Below, one piece after another: positions 49,231-61,301 of a stretch of 64,000 nucleotides of DNA. The first letter of the stretch is position 1; each line of letters opens with the position of its first letter. This stretch comes from Candidatus Velthaea sp. (GTDB taxonomy: Bacteria > Vulcanimicrobiota > Vulcanimicrobiia > Vulcanimicrobiales > Vulcanimicrobiaceae), in the NCBI GenBank assembly GCA_050012475.1, contig JBEKHC010000005.1, positions 18,587-82,586 of the forward strand, written 5' to 3'. Under the pieces are notes generated by a model. It was not told the DNA's origin. It did no database searches and saw only the letters and a list, made by a program, of their open reading frames with translations. The position numbers and the translations under genes were made by a program.

Positions 49231-50139
49231 GTGAAAGCATCAGTGGTGACCGCGTACGGCGGTCCGGAAGTGATGAAGTATCAGGACATGCCGGATCCCA
49301 CGCCGGGCGCGGGCGAAGTCCTCGTCAAGGTGGCCGGCATCGGCATCAATCCGGAAGACATGCTCGAGCGCAACGGCGCGATCAAGGATCGGTGGCAGTT
49401 GCACTTTCCGGCGATCATTGGCCTGGACGTGTCGGGAACGGTGGCCGCGACGGGCGACGGCGTCACCGACCTCACGGTCGGCGAACGTGTCTGCGGGTGG
49501 TCGTACCACACGTACGCTGAGTTCGTCGCCGCCGAAGCGACGCTCTTCGCCAAGGTTCCAGAAACGATGGACTTGATCGACGCGGCAGCCGTTCCGCTCG
49601 TGGGCGTCACCGGCAGCCAATTGATCTCCGTCGCAAGCGGCTTGCAGTCCGGCCAAACGGTGCTGGTTTCCGGCGCGGCGGGCGCCGTGGGTCGTTGTGC
49701 GGTCTACATGGCGAAGGCAAAGGGCGCGCGCGTAATCGCGGGTGTGCAGCGTTTTCAGCTCGACCAGGCGGGCAGCATCGGCGCGGACGAAACGATCGCC
49801 CTCGACGACCCGGCCGCTTTCGCGGCGATTCCGCAAGTTGACATCGTGGCGAACACGGTTCGCGGCAAAACGGCGACGGATCTGCTCGCGAAGGTCAAGG
49901 ACGGTGGGACGTTCGCATCGGTGACGGGAGAGCCCGAGGGCACCAAGGACTACCCCAAAGTGCGCGTCGCCTCGTTCGTCTCGAAGCAAGACCGGGCGAT
50001 CATCGCCTTCATCGCCGATGCCGTAAACGCCGGCAAGATGACGATCCCGATCGGCCGCCGCGAGGAGCTCAAGAACGCCGGTGCCGCGCAGGCCGCGTTC
50101 ACGAAGGGCGGTATCGGCAAGGTGCTGCTCGTCCCGTGA
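49231..50139 (+). CDS. NADP-dependent (quinone) oxidoreductase, MDR family
   Basis: YGGPEV, GINP, GLDVSG, VSGAAGAVG, GKVLL. Confidence 0.9.
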   Translation: MKASVVTAYGGPEVMKYQDMPDPTPGAGEVLVKVAGIGINPEDMLERNGAIKDRWQLHFPAIIGLDVSGTVAATGDGVTDLTVGERVCGWSYHTYAEFVAAEATLFAKVPETMDLIDAAAVPLVGVTGSQLISVASGLQSGQTVLVSGAAGAVGRCAVYMAKAKGARVIAGVQRFQLDQAGSIGADETIALDDPAAFAAIPQVDIVANTVRGKTATDLLAKVKDGGTFASVTGEPEGTKDYPKVRVASFVSKQDRAIIAFIADAVNAGKMTIPIGRREELKNAGAAQAAFTKGGIGKVLLVP

Positions 50140-50205
50140 GTTCGACTCTGGAAAGGCGCCAGGCATGGGTACCAAAACCAATCTCTATCCGAATTGGAGT
50201 CGTCA

Positions 50206-50661
50206 ATGAGTAACGTACAAGTCGAGCAGAAGAGCTATGAGATGCCGCCGCGCGAGGCCTTTACGATCGCGCATTTTCTCACCGTCGCCGACATCGAGCG
50301 GTCGGCGCGATTTTACGAGACGGTTTTCGGAGGTCGCATTTTGAGCCGAGGCGACGGCAAAGGCGCCCCTGGTTACATCCAGATCGCGAACACGTGGCTC
50401 ATCGTCAACGTCGGGGGCGGTCCGACACCCGACAAACCATCGGTGACGCTCAGTGTCCCCCCCAACCCGGATGCGGTCAGCAGCTTTATGAATATCCGCG
50501 TAGCGGATATTGCGGCATGCTATGAACAATGGCGAGGTCGCGGCGCCGAGTTCATCACCGAGCCAAAGGACAAGTATGGCGAAACGCGCTGCTACATCCG
50601 TGATCCTGACGGCTACATTATCGAAGTTGGACAAAGCAAACCGGGCTTCGTTTATGGTTAA
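50206..50661 (+). CDS. VOC/glyoxalase family protein
   Basis: VADIERSARFY, RDPDGYIIE. Confidence 0.88.
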   Translation: MSNVQVEQKSYEMPPREAFTIAHFLTVADIERSARFYETVFGGRILSRGDGKGAPGYIQIANTWLIVNVGGGPTPDKPSVTLSVPPNPDAVSSFMNIRVADIAACYEQWRGRGAEFITEPKDKYGETRCYIRDPDGYIIEVGQSKPGFVYG

Positions 50662-50752
50662 CGCACGGGACCGAAGGAACGCGCCGAATTCCGTGAGCAG
50701 TTTTGTGAATAGCCGCGCTGCGGGTGTTCAGGCGCCGACAGACTCGTAAGCG

Positions 50753-51619
50753 GTGGGCCAGCCTACACGTTATCGAATGGTCGACGTCGATGGCCTTGGC
50801 ATCTTCTATCGGGAAGCCGGCCCGCGAGATGCTCCGCCGGTTTTGCTGTTGCACGGCTTCCCGTCGTCGTCACGGATGTACGAGCCGCTGTTGTCGCGGT
50901 TGGGAGATCGCTACCATCTCGTGGCGCCGGATTATCCGGGCTTCGGCCACAGCGATGCGCCGTCGGCGGCGAAATTCTCGTACACCTTCGATCGAATAGC
51001 GGCGGTCACCGATCGGTTTACTCAGGTCTTGGGCTTGGAGCGATACGTTCTGTTCATGCAAGACTACGGCGGCCCGGTCGGTTTTCGTCTCGCGCGCGCA
51101 CACCCGGAGCGCGTACGAGCGATGATCGTACAGAATGCCGTTGCCCACGAAGCTGGCCTTGGACCTCTATGGGAAACGCGCAAGGCGTATTGGGCGGATC
51201 GCGCGCCAAATGAGGCGCAACTGCGCGTCAACTTGATGTCGCTGGACGCAGCCCGTCAGCGCCACGTCGGAACGAGTCCGTACCCGGAACGCTACGACCC
51301 CGACCTCTGGACCGACGAGTTCGCGTTCCTTTCGCAACCGGGCCAGGAGCAAATCCAAAGCGATCTCTTCTATGACTACCGGACGAACGTCGCGTCGTAT
51401 CCGGAGTGGCAAGCGTGGCTGCGCCGACATCGGCCGCCGCTGCTCGTGCTTTGGGGGACCTACGATCCGTCATTCACCGTCGCCGGCGCGGACGGGTACC
51501 GCGCCGACGTGCCCGATGCCCAGGTGTACCTTCTGCCAGCCGGTCATTTCGCGATGGACGAGGCTGCGAACGAGGTCGCCGAACTCACGGCGGCATTCCT
51601 CGAGGCGAGCAAGACGTGA
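50753..51619 (+). CDS. Alpha/beta hydrolase (haloalkane dehalogenase/epoxide hydrolase-like)
   Basis: LLHGFPSSS, PDYPGFG, MQDYGG, AGHFA. Confidence 0.9.
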   Translation: MGQPTRYRMVDVDGLGIFYREAGPRDAPPVLLLHGFPSSSRMYEPLLSRLGDRYHLVAPDYPGFGHSDAPSAAKFSYTFDRIAAVTDRFTQVLGLERYVLFMQDYGGPVGFRLARAHPERVRAMIVQNAVAHEAGLGPLWETRKAYWADRAPNEAQLRVNLMSLDAARQRHVGTSPYPERYDPDLWTDEFAFLSQPGQEQIQSDLFYDYRTNVASYPEWQAWLRRHRPPLLVLWGTYDPSFTVAGADGYRADVPDAQVYLLPAGHFAMDEAANEVAELTAAFLEASKT

Positions 51620-51710
51620 GCGACGCCGCAGAGCGCCAACGATATTTTGGCGCGCTCGGGCGGACTACTTTTCCAATGGCCAATGAACGACCAAATGAAT
51701 GGAGCGCGTT

Positions 51711-52415
51711 ATGAAAGTCCTGATGGTTCTTACGTCGCACGACCAGCTCGGCAACACGGGTCGCAAGACCGGTTTCTGGCTGGAAGAATTGGCGGCGCCT
51801 TACTACGTCTTCAAGGATGCCGGCGTCCAGATCACCCTCGCGTCACCCAAGGGCGGCCGCCCGCCGCTCGACCCCAAGAGCAACGAGCCGCAGTCCCAGA
51901 CCGACATCACCCGCCGTTTCGTGAAGGATGCCGACGCCAACGCGCAGCTCGACGAGACGGTGCGCCTGGATACCGTCAAACAGGAAGACTACGATACCGT
52001 TTTCTACCCGGGCGGCCATGGGCCGATGTGGGATCTCGCCGAAGACGAGCACTCGATCAAGCTGCTGGAATCGTTTTTAGCCGCCGGCAAAACCATTGCG
52101 GTGGTCTGCCACTCAACGGGTGCGCTGCGGCATGTCAAGGCCCCGGATGGCAAGGCGCTCGTCGAGGGCAAGACCGTCACCGGTTTCACCAACGGCGAGG
52201 AAGAAGAAATGAAATTAACAACGGTGGTGCCGTTCCTCGTCGAAGACGAAATGATGAGGCTCGGTGCGGTTTTTGCGAAGGTCAAGGATTGGAGCGTTTA
52301 TACGGTCGCCGATGGCTTGCTGATCACGGGCCAGAATCCGGCCTCGTCGGGCCCGGCTGCCAGGCTTTTGATCGATACGCTCAAAGGGCAACGCGAATTA
52401 GTTCAGACCGCCTGA
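51711..52415 (+). CDS. DJ-1/PfpI (Hsp31-like) type 1 glutamine amidotransferase domain protein
   Basis: TGFWLEELAAPY, PGGHGPMWDL, VCH, TGQNPAS. Confidence 0.92.
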   Translation: MKVLMVLTSHDQLGNTGRKTGFWLEELAAPYYVFKDAGVQITLASPKGGRPPLDPKSNEPQSQTDITRRFVKDADANAQLDETVRLDTVKQEDYDTVFYPGGHGPMWDLAEDEHSIKLLESFLAAGKTIAVVCHSTGALRHVKAPDGKALVEGKTVTGFTNGEEEEMKLTTVVPFLVEDEMMRLGAVFAKVKDWSVYTVADGLLITGQNPASSGPAARLLIDTLKGQRELVQTA

Positions 52416-52420
52416 ACCGA

Positions 52421-52513
52421 GAGGCGCGCGTATCTGCGCGCCTCATCCCTTCGTTTGCCAAAATACCCCAACCTGAATGCGATCGGAGCCCGGCGCGGCG
52501 CGCCGGGCTCCGA
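52421..52513. terminator. Two GC-rich hairpins between convergent genes
   Basis: GAGGCGCGC/GCGCGCCTC (52421-52444) and 14-bp stem TCGGAGCCCGGCGC/GCGCCGGGCTCCGA (52483-52513). Confidence 0.55.
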
Positions 52514-52522
52514 AGGAAGCGG

Positions 52523-54561
<2,039 letters not shown>

Positions 54562-54657
54562 GCCTTCCTCCCGAATCGATCGACGATCAGGCAGAGGTCA
54601 TCGCGCGATCGACATCCGACAGCGGAATGGCGCCGACCGACTCCATCGATGATGCCG

Positions 54658-55020
54658 TTAGTGTCCGACGTACAGCAGTTCTTTGAGTTCTCTGGCGTTT
54701 GCGGTTTCTTGATCCAGGAGCTTCTCTGCCATCGCCTTCGTCTTGGGATCCTTGCCGTTGGCGACTTCGACTTTCACCATCGCCATTGTCTCCCTGTTGC
54801 GCACCATCATCTTTCGAACGAAGTCCTTGTCGGGGTCGGTGCTCGACTGTGCGATTTGCGTAACATTGCCGGTTCGCGCGACCAGCGACGAAACGGAATT
54901 CGAATAGACGGCCGCGGCGTCGCTAGTCGCAGCCTGCACATCTCCGGGCCCAGCCTGGGCCAACCCTAGCGTGATCCCAGCCGCCAGAACGAAATAGAAT
55001 GATCGAGTCGGACGATTCAT
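54658..55020 (-). CDS. Secreted DUF305/CopM-like half-domain protein
   Basis: Signal peptide; DPDKDFVRKMM...EVANGKDPKTKAMAEK..DQ. Confidence 0.65.
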   Translation of the reverse strand: MNRPTRSFYFVLAAGITLGLAQAGPGDVQAATSDAAAVYSNSVSSLVARTGNVTQIAQSSTDPDKDFVRKMMVRNRETMAMVKVEVANGKDPKTKAMAEKLLDQETANARELKELLYVGH

Positions 55021-55275
55021 GCCATGTTCCTCGTGAAGATGGAATTTGGGTGAATAAAGATGCCGGAAAAACTTTTCAGTTACCGATTGTCCGTATCGTT
55101 CGCGAGTCTGAAGCGAAGCAACGCGCACACGAGTGCGTCCCCTTGCGGGTCGGATCAAATCTGGCAACATGTTCGGTGACCCGCCGAGCAATTCGAGGAT
55201 ATGCGGGCGGACGGCGGCTGTCCATAATACTTTGGTGTCGGTTTGCGTTCGGCGGCCGGCGCCGGCAAAACATCT

Positions 55276-55944
55276 TCACGCTGACAGCTGCGCAGCAGTC
55301 GGAAGAGACGTGTCCATTTTCACCAGGTCCGCAAGAGAGAAGGCCATCATCTTGCGCATCACGTTGCCGCGATGCGCTTTGACGGTGATCTCGCTGATGC
55401 CCAGCACGCCGCCGATTTGTTTGTTCAACAGGCCGGAGACGACGAGTCTCATGACCTCTCTTTCGCGAGTGCTCAGCGATGAGTAGCGCTCGTGAAGCGA
55501 CTGGAGAGCCGCGTCCTCGAAAAGTGCCATCCGGCTGCGCTCGATTGCTCGCTCGATGGCACTCGACAATTCGCTGACGACGAACGGCTTCGTCAAGAAC
55601 TCGAAGGCGCCGGCCTTCATCGCTCGGACGGTCATTCGGACATCGCTGTAGCCGGTGATGAAAATGATTGGCATTTGACGCTGCTCCATTGCAATGCGCT
55701 TTTGAAGTTCGAGCCCATCGAGGTCGGGAAGCGTCAGATCGAGGACCAGGCAGCGCGGCGTCTTCACCCGCGTATGCGAAAGGAACGCGTGGGCCGATTC
55801 GAATAGCGCCGGCCTCCATCCTGCGCAACGGATCAGCAGCTCCAACGCTTCACGTACTGATACATCGTCATCGACCACGAATACGGTTGGCTGGGGGTCC
55901 GGCTCAGATGTGTACTCAGCCGAAACGGTGTCCCGGTGAATCAC
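55276..55944 (-). CDS. FixJ/NodW-type response regulator
   Basis: VFVVDDD, LVLD..LPDLDG, FITG, EFLTKP, LSTREREV..GLLNKQ..TVKAHRG; AAGGAG RBS before GTG 55944. Confidence 0.92.
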   Translation of the reverse strand: MIHRDTVSAEYTSEPDPQPTVFVVDDDVSVREALELLIRCAGWRPALFESAHAFLSHTRVKTPRCLVLDLTLPDLDGLELQKRIAMEQRQMPIIFITGYSDVRMTVRAMKAGAFEFLTKPFVVSELSSAIERAIERSRMALFEDAALQSLHERYSSLSTREREVMRLVVSGLLNKQIGGVLGISEITVKAHRGNVMRKMMAFSLADLVKMDTSLPTAAQLSA

Positions 55945-56188
55945 GGCAAACTCCTTGAAAAGCAACTCGTGATCGCAGAATACACCGGCCCGGCGAGTCC
56001 GAACCACTAACTCGAAGTTTGGGTCTACCGTCGATCGGCACGTCCCGTGTGTGCGCAACAAGGATACGGCCGGAAGCCCGGTCGGCCGCCTGCACTTGTC
56101 ACCTTGGGCCTTGGCGGTAAAGATCGGGAATGCGATAGAATAACCCCCAGACTGTGCGCTCGGACGGTGGGTCCCGGGAGTAGCGGAT

Positions 56189-56677
56189 ATGATGTCTCGC
56201 CTGGAATTGCAGTTCTTCTTGATCGCCTCGCGTGCGCGCCTGAGGCCGGAGGATGTCGGGCTGCCCGCGACGACGCGCAGACGCGTTCCAGGGCTGCGGC
56301 GGGAAGAGGTCGCCGAGTTAGTCGGTGTTTCGCCGCATTGGTATGCGGCGTTCGAGAATGGGACGAGCGACCGGAAAGTTTCGCCGGGATTCGTGGAACG
56401 CGTCGCCGACGCGTTGCGCCTCAATCAGAGTGAGCGCGTGCGCCTCTTTCGGCTCGCGTTGCCCGAGGTGGCGGCCGTCGCCGATCACTTCGAGATCATT
56501 TTAGCGTCGACTGAGGAGTCGGCGCGGGAAGCTCAAGTAGCGGCTGGGCGCGCGCTCGCCCGCAATATTTGCGAGCGCCTCATTACCGATGAATCTCTGC
56601 GGGAGGTTCGAGCGACAGGTGGCCGCGCGCTCGCTTTAGCAATCTGCCGGCACCTCGCTGAACGGGACTTGCCTTAA
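56189..56677 (+). CDS. XRE/HTH_31 regulator with a duplicated Cys-containing C-terminal motif
   Basis: RARLRPEDVGL..RRRVPGLRREEVAELVGVS..WY; 25-aa tandem repeat at the C-terminus. Confidence 0.82.
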   Translation: MMSRLELQFFLIASRARLRPEDVGLPATTRRRVPGLRREEVAELVGVSPHWYAAFENGTSDRKVSPGFVERVADALRLNQSERVRLFRLALPEVAAVADHFEIILASTEESAREAQVAAGRALARNICERLITDESLREVRATGGRALALAICRHLAERDLP

Positions 56678-56684
56678 GCCCCTT

Positions 56685-57110
56685 ATGCTGACCCTGCTTA
56701 CGCGCGACGAGTGCCGGCTCGTACAGGCCAGTTTCGCGCAAATCGAACCCGTTGCCGAGCACTTTGCCACGAAATTTTACGAGCGCCTTTTCACGCTGAA
56801 TCCAAACCTCGTCCCGCTTTTCAAAGGGGACATGGAGAAGCAAGGCGTTCGCTTCATGGAAAAGCTTGCTGTCGCCGTCGTGGGCCTCGAAGATCTCGAG
56901 TCGATCGCCCCGCTCGTTCAACGTCTAGGCCGCCGTCACGCCGGATACGGCGTTGAGCCGACGCATTATGAAACCGCGCGCGAGGCGTTGCTGTGGGCTC
57001 TGCGCGAGGGCCTCGGCTCCGCCTTCAACGCGGAGGTGAGCAGCGCATGGTCCGCCGCCTTTACGATCATCTCGGCGGAGATGATTCGCTCGGGCGACAG
57101 TGGCAGCTGA
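56685..57110 (+). CDS. Single-domain globin (flavohemoglobin globin-domain-like)
   Basis: FYERLF..NP..LF, Q(E7), LGRRHAGYGV (proximal His), HY..ALL. Confidence 0.92.
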   Translation: MLTLLTRDECRLVQASFAQIEPVAEHFATKFYERLFTLNPNLVPLFKGDMEKQGVRFMEKLAVAVVGLEDLESIAPLVQRLGRRHAGYGVEPTHYETAREALLWALREGLGSAFNAEVSSAWSAAFTIISAEMIRSGDSGS

Positions 57111-57538
57111 CCCTTAGGACGACTTTGTTCGATACCTCGCGACGGGTCGCCGAGCGACAACGTCGCTTGCGTTATGCAGGCGAGATTGCAGATGCGTCAC
57201 CTGATTTCAAACGGTGAGCACGTTCACGATGCGAGCACGCACCTGCGAACCGCCGCGCTTCACACGAGCGAATCGTAGCTCGTCCGATCACACCTCAAAG
57301 CAGTGCTCGGAAGCAGTGCTCGCAGTGCTTCGCTAACTGATGCAAACGAGTCTCGATGGCCGCGTGACTGTCGCTCACTGCCGTACGTGCGCATATTCCG
57401 GCGCGCGCAGTTCCGCCTCGGCACTCCATCGGCACGCAAGACGGCACCGATACTAACGTCTAATAGACTCTGGCCTACCCTTATTGTGAAATACGGACAT
57501 CCGACATCTTTCATTCGGGCACAGGGGTTCAAGCAGAG

Positions 57539-57904
57539 ATGAGATCGTTTACCTCAGCACTACCCGCGACCGGCATAGGGTTCGAGTTCGATCGTCGCTA
57601 CGAAACCGTCGAGTTCGGAACGTTTCTGAAGATGCTGCGTCGGCGCATTCCTCCCGAGACGGCAAATCTCGGAACCTGGAAGCGCCTACCGATTCGCCGC
57701 GGGCGGCGCGTAACGCAGGAAGAGATCGCGGAAGCCGTGGGGGTTAGCCGTAATTGGTATCGCCGGCTCGAGAGCGGCGAGCAAGCGCGCGCGTCAGTAA
57801 AATTGTTGGGCCGGTTAGCGAACGCTGTCGGGTTTACGCCCGAGGAACGGATCACGCTCTTCCTTCTCGCGATACCTGAAATGGGGCAAGTTCAGACGGG
57901 CTGA
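57539..57904 (+). CDS. XRE/HTH_31 regulator, HTH only
   Basis: FLKMLRRRIPP, GRRVTQEEIAEAVGVSRNWYRRLE, LFLLAIPE. Confidence 0.82.
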   Translation: MRSFTSALPATGIGFEFDRRYETVEFGTFLKMLRRRIPPETANLGTWKRLPIRRGRRVTQEEIAEAVGVSRNWYRRLESGEQARASVKLLGRLANAVGFTPEERITLFLLAIPEMGQVQTG

Positions 57905-58077
57905 TTCGAGCATAGCCGCGGCGGTAGTCGGTGCGACGATCGACCGCTGCTACGCTCGGTGCGGCGACTTCACTGCACGCTTCTGAGACGCCACACGAGG
58001 TCACCGACGCGAAGCTCAGCGCGCATGACCGTTCACGTGGCGTCGAGTCTTAAGCGATTCGTCGAGCTTCGAGCGAT

Positions 58078-59832
58078 TCAGAGATCCACGACCACGTCAT
58101 TCTTCGGACGCGAGCAGCACACCAGCACATTGCCGTTCGCGGGCGGCTGGAGGGGTACGGGTTCGTAGCTCACCTCACCGGAGATCAAGCCGCTCTCGCA
58201 GGTGTGGCAGACGCCGGCGCGGCACGACCAGCGCGTCGGCACATCGCAAGCCTCCGCAAACTCCAGGAGGCTCGAAAATTGCGCACTCCAGGGAACGTTC
58301 AGCCCGCTGCGCGCGAACGACACCGTTGGTCCGGATCCGCGCGCAGCGGCCGGCGCATGCGGGGCTGGTCGCCGGGCCGCGACGATGCCGGGATTGAGCG
58401 CGGGACCCGAACCGAAGACCTCGCTGTACACCTGCTCCGCGGGGAAACCCGCTGCCGGCAGATGCGTTTTCATATCGGCTAAGAACGCCGCGGGACCACA
58501 GAGATAAAACTCGCTGTTTTTGCTGATGCCAAGCTGCTCGACCAATGCCGCATCGACGTGTCCGACAGAATCAAAGTCGCGTCCGGGCCGATCGTTGGCG
58601 CTGGGCCGGCTGTATCGAAAATGCGAACGTGCGTTGGGAAGCCCGCTCAGCAGCGTCCGAACTTCATCAGCAAACGGATGCTCGGCCCCGTTGCGCGCTC
58701 CGTACAGCCACCACACGCTGCGCTGCGAGCGTGCTGCGACGAGGGCCCTCAACATAGCGAGGACCGGCGTGATTCCGATTCCGGCGCTCGTCAATACGGC
58801 CGGCCGGTCCGAGGCGCGCAAAACGAACGACCCGCGCGGTGCGCTGATCTCAACCGGATCGCCGACTCGCGCCCGCTCGGAAAGATAGCTGCCCATCGAT
58901 CCGCTTGGCTCGCATTTCACGCCGAGCTCGTAGCGGTGCGCGTTCGCCGTTTCGGCCAGGGAGTAACTTCTCATGATCGGCGGCGACGCCGGCGAAACCA
59001 GGGCCCGCAGCACGATGAATTGGCCTGGCTGGGCGGGGTCGAGTTCGCTGTCGTCCGCCGCCTCCAAGGAGACCGACATGACCTCGGCAGTCAGGTGCGA
59101 AAGCTCAACGATTCGAGCCGCTCGGAAGCCAGGGCGGGCACTTGGGGACAGGTCGGTCGTTGCAAGACCGGCATTTCCCGTTGCGTCAACCGGTTGATCG
59201 AGAATGGCTTGCAGCGACAGGCGCCAACCCGGGCTGAGCGCAGGGATCTGCAAGGCTTGCCGGATCTTGCTTCGATCGCCGTGCGGCCGGTATAAGAGCG
59301 CATCGACGCCGGCAACGGTCGGGCTATCGCTGTTCCGGTACCTTAGGTCGATTGCATCTCCGGCTTGAACCTGCCCTTCCTCGAGTACGCGGAGGTAAAA
59401 TCCCGGGCGGCCTTCGGCGACCAGCCGCGCCGGCATTTGAGCGTCGTTCATCCTGATGCCGACTCGGTAGCACGTGACGCGCGGCTGACTGACCTCGAAG
59501 ACGGCGCTGCCGATGTGGAACCGATCTCCGATCCGCACTTCGTCGTCAGGCAAACCCTCGACCGTAAAATTCTCGCCGAACTGACCCGGGGTGAAATCCG
59601 TGCGATGCAGTTCGCTCGACCAAAATTCGTAGGCTGACGTCTGGTACACCAAGACCGCGCGCTGTTCGCCGCCGTGTCCCGCGAGATCGCCTTGGCCATC
59701 ACCATCGATGTTCAGGCGCCGAACGGTCTGTAAGCCATCGACTGCCTGCTTCCAAATGCCGGTGAACACTTGCTGCCCGCGCCATTGCACGTTCTTGGGA
59801 AGACCGACGTTCACGGAAACCAGCTTTGCCAT
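58078..59832 (-). CDS. MOSC (YiiM-like) plus FAD/NAD-binding reductase plus 2Fe-2S ferredoxin fusion
   Basis: GDGQGD..HGG, FGENFT, SQPRVTC, RSYSL, AGIGITP, CGP, CRAGVCHTC..C. Confidence 0.92.
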   Translation of the reverse strand: MAKLVSVNVGLPKNVQWRGQQVFTGIWKQAVDGLQTVRRLNIDGDGQGDLAGHGGEQRAVLVYQTSAYEFWSSELHRTDFTPGQFGENFTVEGLPDDEVRIGDRFHIGSAVFEVSQPRVTCYRVGIRMNDAQMPARLVAEGRPGFYLRVLEEGQVQAGDAIDLRYRNSDSPTVAGVDALLYRPHGDRSKIRQALQIPALSPGWRLSLQAILDQPVDATGNAGLATTDLSPSARPGFRAARIVELSHLTAEVMSVSLEAADDSELDPAQPGQFIVLRALVSPASPPIMRSYSLAETANAHRYELGVKCEPSGSMGSYLSERARVGDPVEISAPRGSFVLRASDRPAVLTSAGIGITPVLAMLRALVAARSQRSVWWLYGARNGAEHPFADEVRTLLSGLPNARSHFRYSRPSANDRPGRDFDSVGHVDAALVEQLGISKNSEFYLCGPAAFLADMKTHLPAAGFPAEQVYSEVFGSGPALNPGIVAARRPAPHAPAAARGSGPTVSFARSGLNVPWSAQFSSLLEFAEACDVPTRWSCRAGVCHTCESGLISGEVSYEPVPLQPPANGNVLVCCSRPKNDVVVDL

Positions 59833-60237
59833 AGGCTGAGCACCTCGGTCACAACCGCGCGTCAACTCCCGAACTGCGGGTCGTCGTCATTTTGCTGCTT
59901 CACCGGACGGGAGCCCAGGGCGATACTCTTCGGGTCTGCTATCGCGACAGCATAGCACTTCGCATGGTGCCCGCCTGCGCACAAACGGTGTTCAAGCGGC
60001 ATCCTGCCGGCTAGGCGTATTGACCACTTTCGCTTGGCAGACCACTACCTCGGGGCGTGTTACCGTCTTCAAACGGTGCGTCGCATCCCTCTCGTCCGGC
60101 TGAAAGATCGAGATCGAAGGTCATTTGCTTGCTACGAGTGTATCAATCAGCGGTGCCGCGTCTCGCGGCCGCTCACCATGCCATGTTGGTACCGACGCCC
60201 TTCGTTACTGAATGCCGACACATGAAAGAGAAGTGCT

Positions 60238-60588
60238 ATGAGAAAAACGCTGATTCTTTGGCTTGTTGCTGTACTTACGACGACCTCGGCTTCGATTTCC
60301 GCCGTGCGTCCGGCTTCGGCCGCCGACGCGTCGGAAAGCATCGACTGCACGCAAGCAGAATCGATGCTCGAAACCGCCGTGGCGACAAGGGCTTCCTCGG
60401 CTATGACCGGTGATGTCGACAAGGACTTCACCACGCTCATGATGTTGCACGAAAAAGTAGGGAAACGAATCGATCAGATCGAGGCAAAGTGCGGCAAGAA
60501 TGCGAAGCTGCAGGCAATGGCGGCCAAAGGAGCCGATGACACGCAGCAGCGCATGGATGAGTTTCGCAGCCTCGGGACGAGTCAGTAA
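60238..60588 (+). CDS. Secreted DUF305-like half-domain protein
   Basis: Signal peptide; MTGDVDKDF..LMMLHE..EAKCGKNAKLQAMA. Confidence 0.65.
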   Translation: MRKTLILWLVAVLTTTSASISAVRPASAADASESIDCTQAESMLETAVATRASSAMTGDVDKDFTTLMMLHEKVGKRIDQIEAKCGKNAKLQAMAAKGADDTQQRMDEFRSLGTSQ

Positions 60589-60792
60589 GCTACGGCATTT
60601 TACGCCATCAGCCGTTGCCGCCTCCCGGCTCGATTGGCGAGGCGGCGTACGATTGCGCGGGATCACGCTGCGACAGGCGTGACCCGCGAAGTCGGCGAGA
60701 AGTCGGCGATAAGATAGCTCTCGATCTCGAAGATGCGGTCGCCTGTTGCCCCGGCCCGGTTCGGCAGGCGCCAAGCGATTAATGCGCCGATG

Positions 60793-61173
60793 TCATCCTA
60801 TTCGTTCGACCCATTGCGCGCGCGAAGGTCCGGGCTCGAACGGGTCGGCAAAGTATTGGGTCTCGCGGGTCACCTTGCCGTCTTGGAACTCCATGATGCT
60901 CACCGAATAAGACGGGCGACCATCGTACGCTAGGATGAACTCGGTGACCCAAAGATTGCCCGTACCGACGATCCGCTGGACCTTGAAGCGTTTCGAGCTG
61001 GGCTGCGCGACGCGCGAAGCCTGAATGTTACTACGGCCTTTGATGCGCTCACCCGATTGCGGATACTCGAGCAGCGCGTCTTCGCGGTAGATGTCGTGCT
61101 CGACATCGAAGTCATTTGCATCGGAGGCGGCCCAATGTCGATTGAGCGCCTCTCGAATCCCGTTGTCATTCAT
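60793..61173 (-). CDS. SnoaL/NTF2-like protein
   Basis: EYPQSGERI, VSIMEF.DGKV.RETQYF. Confidence 0.88.
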   Translation of the reverse strand: MNDNGIREALNRHWAASDANDFDVEHDIYREDALLEYPQSGERIKGRSNIQASRVAQPSSKRFKVQRIVGTGNLWVTEFILAYDGRPSYSVSIMEFQDGKVTRETQYFADPFEPGPSRAQWVERIG

Positions 61174-61250
61174 GGTGTTCTATCGTTTGCCCCTCGGCGT
61201 AAAGTTCCGAGAGATTGTACGATGACCCGCCATGCCGGCACAAATAGACA

Positions 61251-61283
61251 AAGAGAGGCCGGACGCTGAACCCGGCCTCTCTT
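61251..61283. terminator. Intrinsic terminator-like hairpin
   Basis: 12-bp perfect stem AAGAGAGGCCGG/CCGGCCTCTCTT, with T-containing tails on both strands. Confidence 0.7.
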
Positions 61284-61301
61284 CTTGCTACGACCCGGGC
61301 G

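Noticed and set aside
55945..56424. N-terminal extension of the FixJ ORF to 382 aa
   Set aside because: Overlaps the opposite-strand XRE gene; the RBS supports GTG 55944
57298..57332. Short tandem GCAGTGCT repeats
   Set aside because: Only three short degenerate units without spacers; not CRISPR-like, probably slippage
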